Source: an uncultured Spirochaetota bacterium (GTDB lineage Bacteria; Spirochaetota; Brevinematia; Brevinematales; JAOACQ01). From it: a stretch of 64,000 nt of DNA. The stretch spans positions 224,001 through 288,000 of the forward strand of contig CAWAOD010000016.1 of NCBI GenBank assembly GCA_963783575.1, in the 5' to 3' direction. Made by a program: the position numbers and the translations under genes. Below, piece after piece: positions 61,199 to 64,000 of this stretch; the stretch's first letter is position 1, and every line of letters begins with the position of its first letter. The notes under the pieces are model-generated. The model was not told where the DNA came from, did not search any database, and saw only the letters and a list, made by a program, of their open reading frames with translations.

Positions 61199-62101
61199 AT
61201 GAAAAACAAACGGAGGATTATTATGATTAAGAATACCGGGATCTTTTTCTTAACAGCCTTACTTATACTTTTTTCAGTTTGCGGCGGTTTTGCGATGAGC
61301 GGAAAGGTACAGAATATCCCGATGAAAACATACACCGATTTGAATATTCCAGACGGGGAATTTCTCCATTATGGAGGATACAGAAACGAAGAGAAAACCG
61401 GGGATTCTTACCAGGTTATAAAAATTATAACTAATGAAAAAGGTAATATAAATTATAAAATTTACCAATATATCATATTCGGGGATAAAAACCGGAAACC
61501 GCCGGTAAGTTATATGGATTGGCCTTCATACTATTCCATTGATCCGAAATCAGGATCCGTTATCGAATCTAAAACCGTCTACCTTGATACAAATAATACT
61601 ACCAATGAAATAAACGTCAGTATGGGGTTCGAAGGATTGCTCTACTGGTCTTATAAATACAATGCTGAAAAAGGATTTGTCGAAGAAAATACAAAAACCG
61701 TTCATGACACTGTTACCAATACAAGAAATTACAAAGTATATGTAAACCAGGATTATCCGATTTGGGATGCGACATCATTGATTTATTACCTGGGACGGTT
61801 TATTGATCCTGACAGCCCCGGGATTTTTTACCTTGTCGTTCCTGAAATTATGAAGAATCCCATTCCTTTATCCTTAAGAAATGTTTCAACTGGAACACTG
61901 GAAACAAAAGCCGGGATTTTCAGGATAAAAAAAGAAAAAGTGCTCTCCGGCGATCCGTTCATAGGGAAACTGATGGAACCTTTTCTGAAAAACTGGGAAA
62001 TCTGGGTTGAGGATTCCAGCAGAAGGCTTATTATCAAACTCCATACTCCATCGGATGATTATATTATGCTGGAACAGATATCCAATGTTAAACATGAATG
62101 A
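61199..62101 (+). CDS. Hypothetical secreted protein (DUF3108-like C-terminus)
   Basis: Signal peptide; LETKAGIF and IWVEDSSRRLIIK motifs. Confidence 0.7.
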   Translation: MKNKRRIIMIKNTGIFFLTALLILFSVCGGFAMSGKVQNIPMKTYTDLNIPDGEFLHYGGYRNEEKTGDSYQVIKIITNEKGNINYKIYQYIIFGDKNRKPPVSYMDWPSYYSIDPKSGSVIESKTVYLDTNNTTNEINVSMGFEGLLYWSYKYNAEKGFVEENTKTVHDTVTNTRNYKVYVNQDYPIWDATSLIYYLGRFIDPDSPGIFYLVVPEIMKNPIPLSLRNVSTGTLETKAGIFRIKKEKVLSGDPFIGKLMEPFLKNWEIWVEDSSRRLIIKLHTPSDDYIMLEQISNVKHE

Positions 62102-62175
62102 TTGTTACAAACTATTATGTTATATTTTATCTTACTTTCAAGTTTCAATATTCTTAGAAAAATGCGCGATGATAG

Positions 62176-62955
62176 TTATGCCAATTCCGGTCTCATGATC
62201 AATACTTCGCCAATAACGTTGGAATTGGAATCCATAATCGGGTCTATCCTGTAAAACACCGTTGACTTATCACCTTTCTTTCTGATTAAAACAACTTTTT
62301 TTTCATTACGGCCCATGTTCTTTTCGGAAAGAATATGCTGGAAATCATTCTGCTTTACATTATCTTCAGAAATCGGCCCTTCCTGTTTTCTAAATACTTC
62401 CTTCAATTCTTTATGGGAAGCTTCTTTTTGATCCCATCCCGTCAGTTTCTCAGCGACCGGATTGATGAATTTAACCAGTCCCTCGGTGTCAATGGCGATA
62501 ACACCTTCGGATATACTGTTTAAAATCTCGGAAAGCCAGAGCTCATTTTCCCTGATGATCTTCTTAGCCTGGAATTTATAAAAAGCATGGTCGATCACTA
62601 TCTGGAAGGTATTGTCTTGAATTGGTTTTAGAATATAGCCATAGGATTCCACAACTCTTGCCCTCTCCACTGTATTTTCGTCGGAATACGCCGTCAAAAA
62701 AACAATTGGTATATCAAAAAGCCTGGTAATTTCCGCGGCTGTTTCAATTCCGTCCTGTTTTCCTTTAATCCGGATATCCATAAGAATCAAATCCGGTCTA
62801 TATTCTTCTATTTTCTTCATCGCCTCTATGCCGGATACCGCGATATCTGGCACGTTGTATCCCAGAGCAATAAGTTTCTTCTCAATCTCTCTCGCGATGA
62901 TGATCTCATCTTCAACAATCAGTATATTCCTCTTCAGCATATGAACCTCCGTCAA
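62176..62955 (-). CDS. Response regulator with PAS domain
   Basis: ILIVEDE, DLILMDI, FLTAY, KP; C-terminal PAS (FINPVAEKLTGW). Confidence 0.92.
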   Translation of the reverse strand: MTEVHMLKRNILIVEDEIIIAREIEKKLIALGYNVPDIAVSGIEAMKKIEEYRPDLILMDIRIKGKQDGIETAAEITRLFDIPIVFLTAYSDENTVERARVVESYGYILKPIQDNTFQIVIDHAFYKFQAKKIIRENELWLSEILNSISEGVIAIDTEGLVKFINPVAEKLTGWDQKEASHKELKEVFRKQEGPISEDNVKQNDFQHILSEKNMGRNEKKVVLIRKKGDKSTVFYRIDPIMDSNSNVIGEVLIMRPELA

Positions 62956-64000
62956 TTTTCTTTTTTGAATTTTATGATAACACCGAATCCATTTTCCCGG
63001 ATATATTCCAGTTCGCCCTCGATCTGCCGGGCCAGGTCCTGGATCAGCTTAATACCCAGCGACTTCAAGTTTTTTATGTCCATTCCCTGCGGCATACCAC
63101 TGCCATTATCACTGACCTGAAGGACAAAACTGCCTGGTTTGTTCTGCTTGAATATAATTTTAATGGTTCCTGATTTATTATCCGGAAAAGCGTATTTCAG
63201 GGAATTGGTGACCATTTCATTTACGATCAGCCCGCAGGGAATGGCCATTCCGATATTCATATTGATATTTTCCGCTTTGATATCCAGATTAATTTTTTGA
63301 AAATCCCCCCTGTATGTTGCGAATAAATAGGAAGTCAGGTCTGTAATATAATCCCCAAAGGGGATATTTAAAAAATCAGTTTTTTTATAAATCAGTTCAT
63401 GGATTATTGCCATGGATTTTACTCGGGTAATGCTGTCGTGAAATATGCCCCTGTCATAATCATTCTTTACATAATCCATCTGCAGGCTCAAAAGTCCGGC
63501 GACAGTCTGCAGGTTGTTCTTGACGCGATGGTGAATTTCCTTCAATAGGGTTTCTTTTTCCTGCAAGGAAGCGATCAGTTTTTCTTCCATTTTCTTTTTT
63601 TCTGTGATATCTCTCATTATCGAGCATTCGATATAACCTTTGCTTGTATTAACTGCGAATGTGACAATCTGAACAGTATTTATATTACCTTTTTGATTTA
63701 AAATCTCATATTCTCTAATTTTATTCAATATTGTTGATTTGCCTGTTTGAAGAAGTTCAAGCATGCAATTTTTCATTTTTTCATAAGATTCCTTTGTCTT
63801 TCTTTCCGGCATGGTCAATTGATGACGGATATCCCACAGGTATTGGTTAATAATATCTTTTTTATTTAGCCCCGTAATGTGAAACATTCCTTCATTCCAC
63901 TCGGTAATCCTCCCTTCCTCATCTGTGAGAACAATCCCATCGGGAGAAAGCTCAATGGTTTTATGAAGTTTTTCATCGCTGTCCCTCGAGGGATAAATTT
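62952..64000 (-). CDS. PAS-domain sensor histidine kinase (HisKA_2 type), 5' end outside the window
   Basis: EIHHRVKNNLQ, NEMVTNSLKYAF, VSDNGSG; the frame is open upstream of 63887 (SPDGIVLTDEEGRITEWN). Confidence 0.92.
   Translation of the reverse strand, partial: IYPSRDSDEKLHKTIELSPDGIVLTDEEGRITEWNEGMFHITGLNKKDIINQYLWDIRHQLTMPERKTKESYEKMKNCMLELLQTGKSTILNKIREYEILNQKGNINTVQIVTFAVNTSKGYIECSIMRDITEKKKMEEKLIASLQEKETLLKEIHHRVKNNLQTVAGLLSLQMDYVKNDYDRGIFHDSITRVKSMAIIHELIYKKTDFLNIPFGDYITDLTSYLFATYRGDFQKINLDIKAENINMNIGMAIPCGLIVNEMVTNSLKYAFPDNKSGTIKIIFKQNKPGSFVLQVSDNGSGMPQGMDIKNLKSLGIKLIQDLARQIEGELEYIRENGFGVIIKFKKEN

Overview
64-kb AT-rich bacterial chromosomal segment, probably from an anaerobe; a spirochaete-like host is my inference from gene style and is not proven. 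Contents from left to right: an AAA-ATPase plus disrupted S8-peptidase pair (IetAS-like); an IS186/IS421-like IS4 element; msrAB; a CoA-dehydratase activase; murE; batA, HD hydrolase and phoH; an MCP; nadA, a small ORF, a metallophosphoesterase, a ParB/Srx-like protein, nadK and recN; a GH3-GH116-PfkB sugar cluster; T-box-controlled thrS; msrA and crcB; an IS1182 nested in a MITE; an Rrf2-cysK-metY sulfur operon; two TetR modules with clear operators; a Lol-like ABC operon; flavodoxin-fold oxidoreductases; a class D beta-lactamase-like protein; a P-type H+ ATPase; a WYL regulator; a membrane LuxR with a secreted partner; and a two-component pair. Best novelty candidates: (i) a duplicated ~160-nt structured leader with a compensatory base-pair change, directly before the RBS of both cysK and metY; (ii) a T5C5-linked +1-frame C-terminal extension of the IS4 transposase that stops inside the right IR; (iii) a family of AAACTACCCC-hairpin/MITE-like repeats with nested mini-insertions; (iv) a 3x18-bp VNTR inside the T-box antiterminator. 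Several genes carry single-base indels or in-frame stops, which may be assembly errors. No CRISPR array, rRNA or tRNA was seen.
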